From: Octopus bimaculoides
Taxonomy: Eukaryota
Assembly (NCBI RefSeq): GCF_001194135.2
Contig: NC_068996.1
Location: 33,150,171 to 33,214,170 of the forward strand
Length of the DNA: 64,000 nt
Reading direction: 5' to 3'
Part shown: piece by piece, positions 63,884-64,000 of the stretch
Numbering within the stretch: the first letter of the stretch is position 1
Layout of the letters: every line of letters begins with the position of its first letter
The notes under the pieces: model-generated
Database searches by the model: none
What the model saw: the letters and a program-made list of their open reading frames with translations, nothing else
Told to the model about the DNA's origin: nothing
Program-made: the position numbers and the translations under genes

Positions 63884-64000
63884 ATCTGGTTGTTGCTTGT
63901 CCTCTTGACAAGAGATGCCAGTTAGTCTTTTACACCTACCAGACTTGTTCATATTAGCCCGAGTTGCTGGATAATCTTTTGTTCCTTAAAGAATATTGTA

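Overview
This is AT-rich, gapped, repeat-dominated eukaryotic DNA. The repeat families (an RTE LINE with a (GAT)n tail, tRNA-derived SINEs, long (TA)n tracts) point to an octopus or other cephalopod genome; that is an inference from repeat content only. The one host gene I can name is LRRC47, seen as its last two coding exons on the + strand (12091-12193 and 14132-14404). Its upstream exons are not visible. Most of the rest is transposon debris: many RTE copies, an RTE-BovB-like copy, CR1/L2 fragments, a Hero-like restriction-endonuclease tail, a Penelope-like element, Ty3/Gypsy remnants, Tc1, mariner, pogo, two hAT elements, several foldback/MITE elements and SINEs. The best-supported unusual signals are four. 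(1) A complete type I hammerhead ribozyme core with a palindromic stem III lies in the 3' region of the Penelope element (2720-2805, minus). (2) A C4HC3 PHD-type finger sits inside the RT of the dominant RTE family. (3) An interleaved A-B-A'-B' inverted-repeat structure spans 20.5-21.4 kb. (4) A phase-compatible pair of minus-strand exons near 32.1-32.5 kb may be the end of an unidentified gene. There are no rRNA genes, tRNA genes or CRISPR arrays. No database searches were run, so family assignments rest on motif recognition and many element boundaries are approximate.
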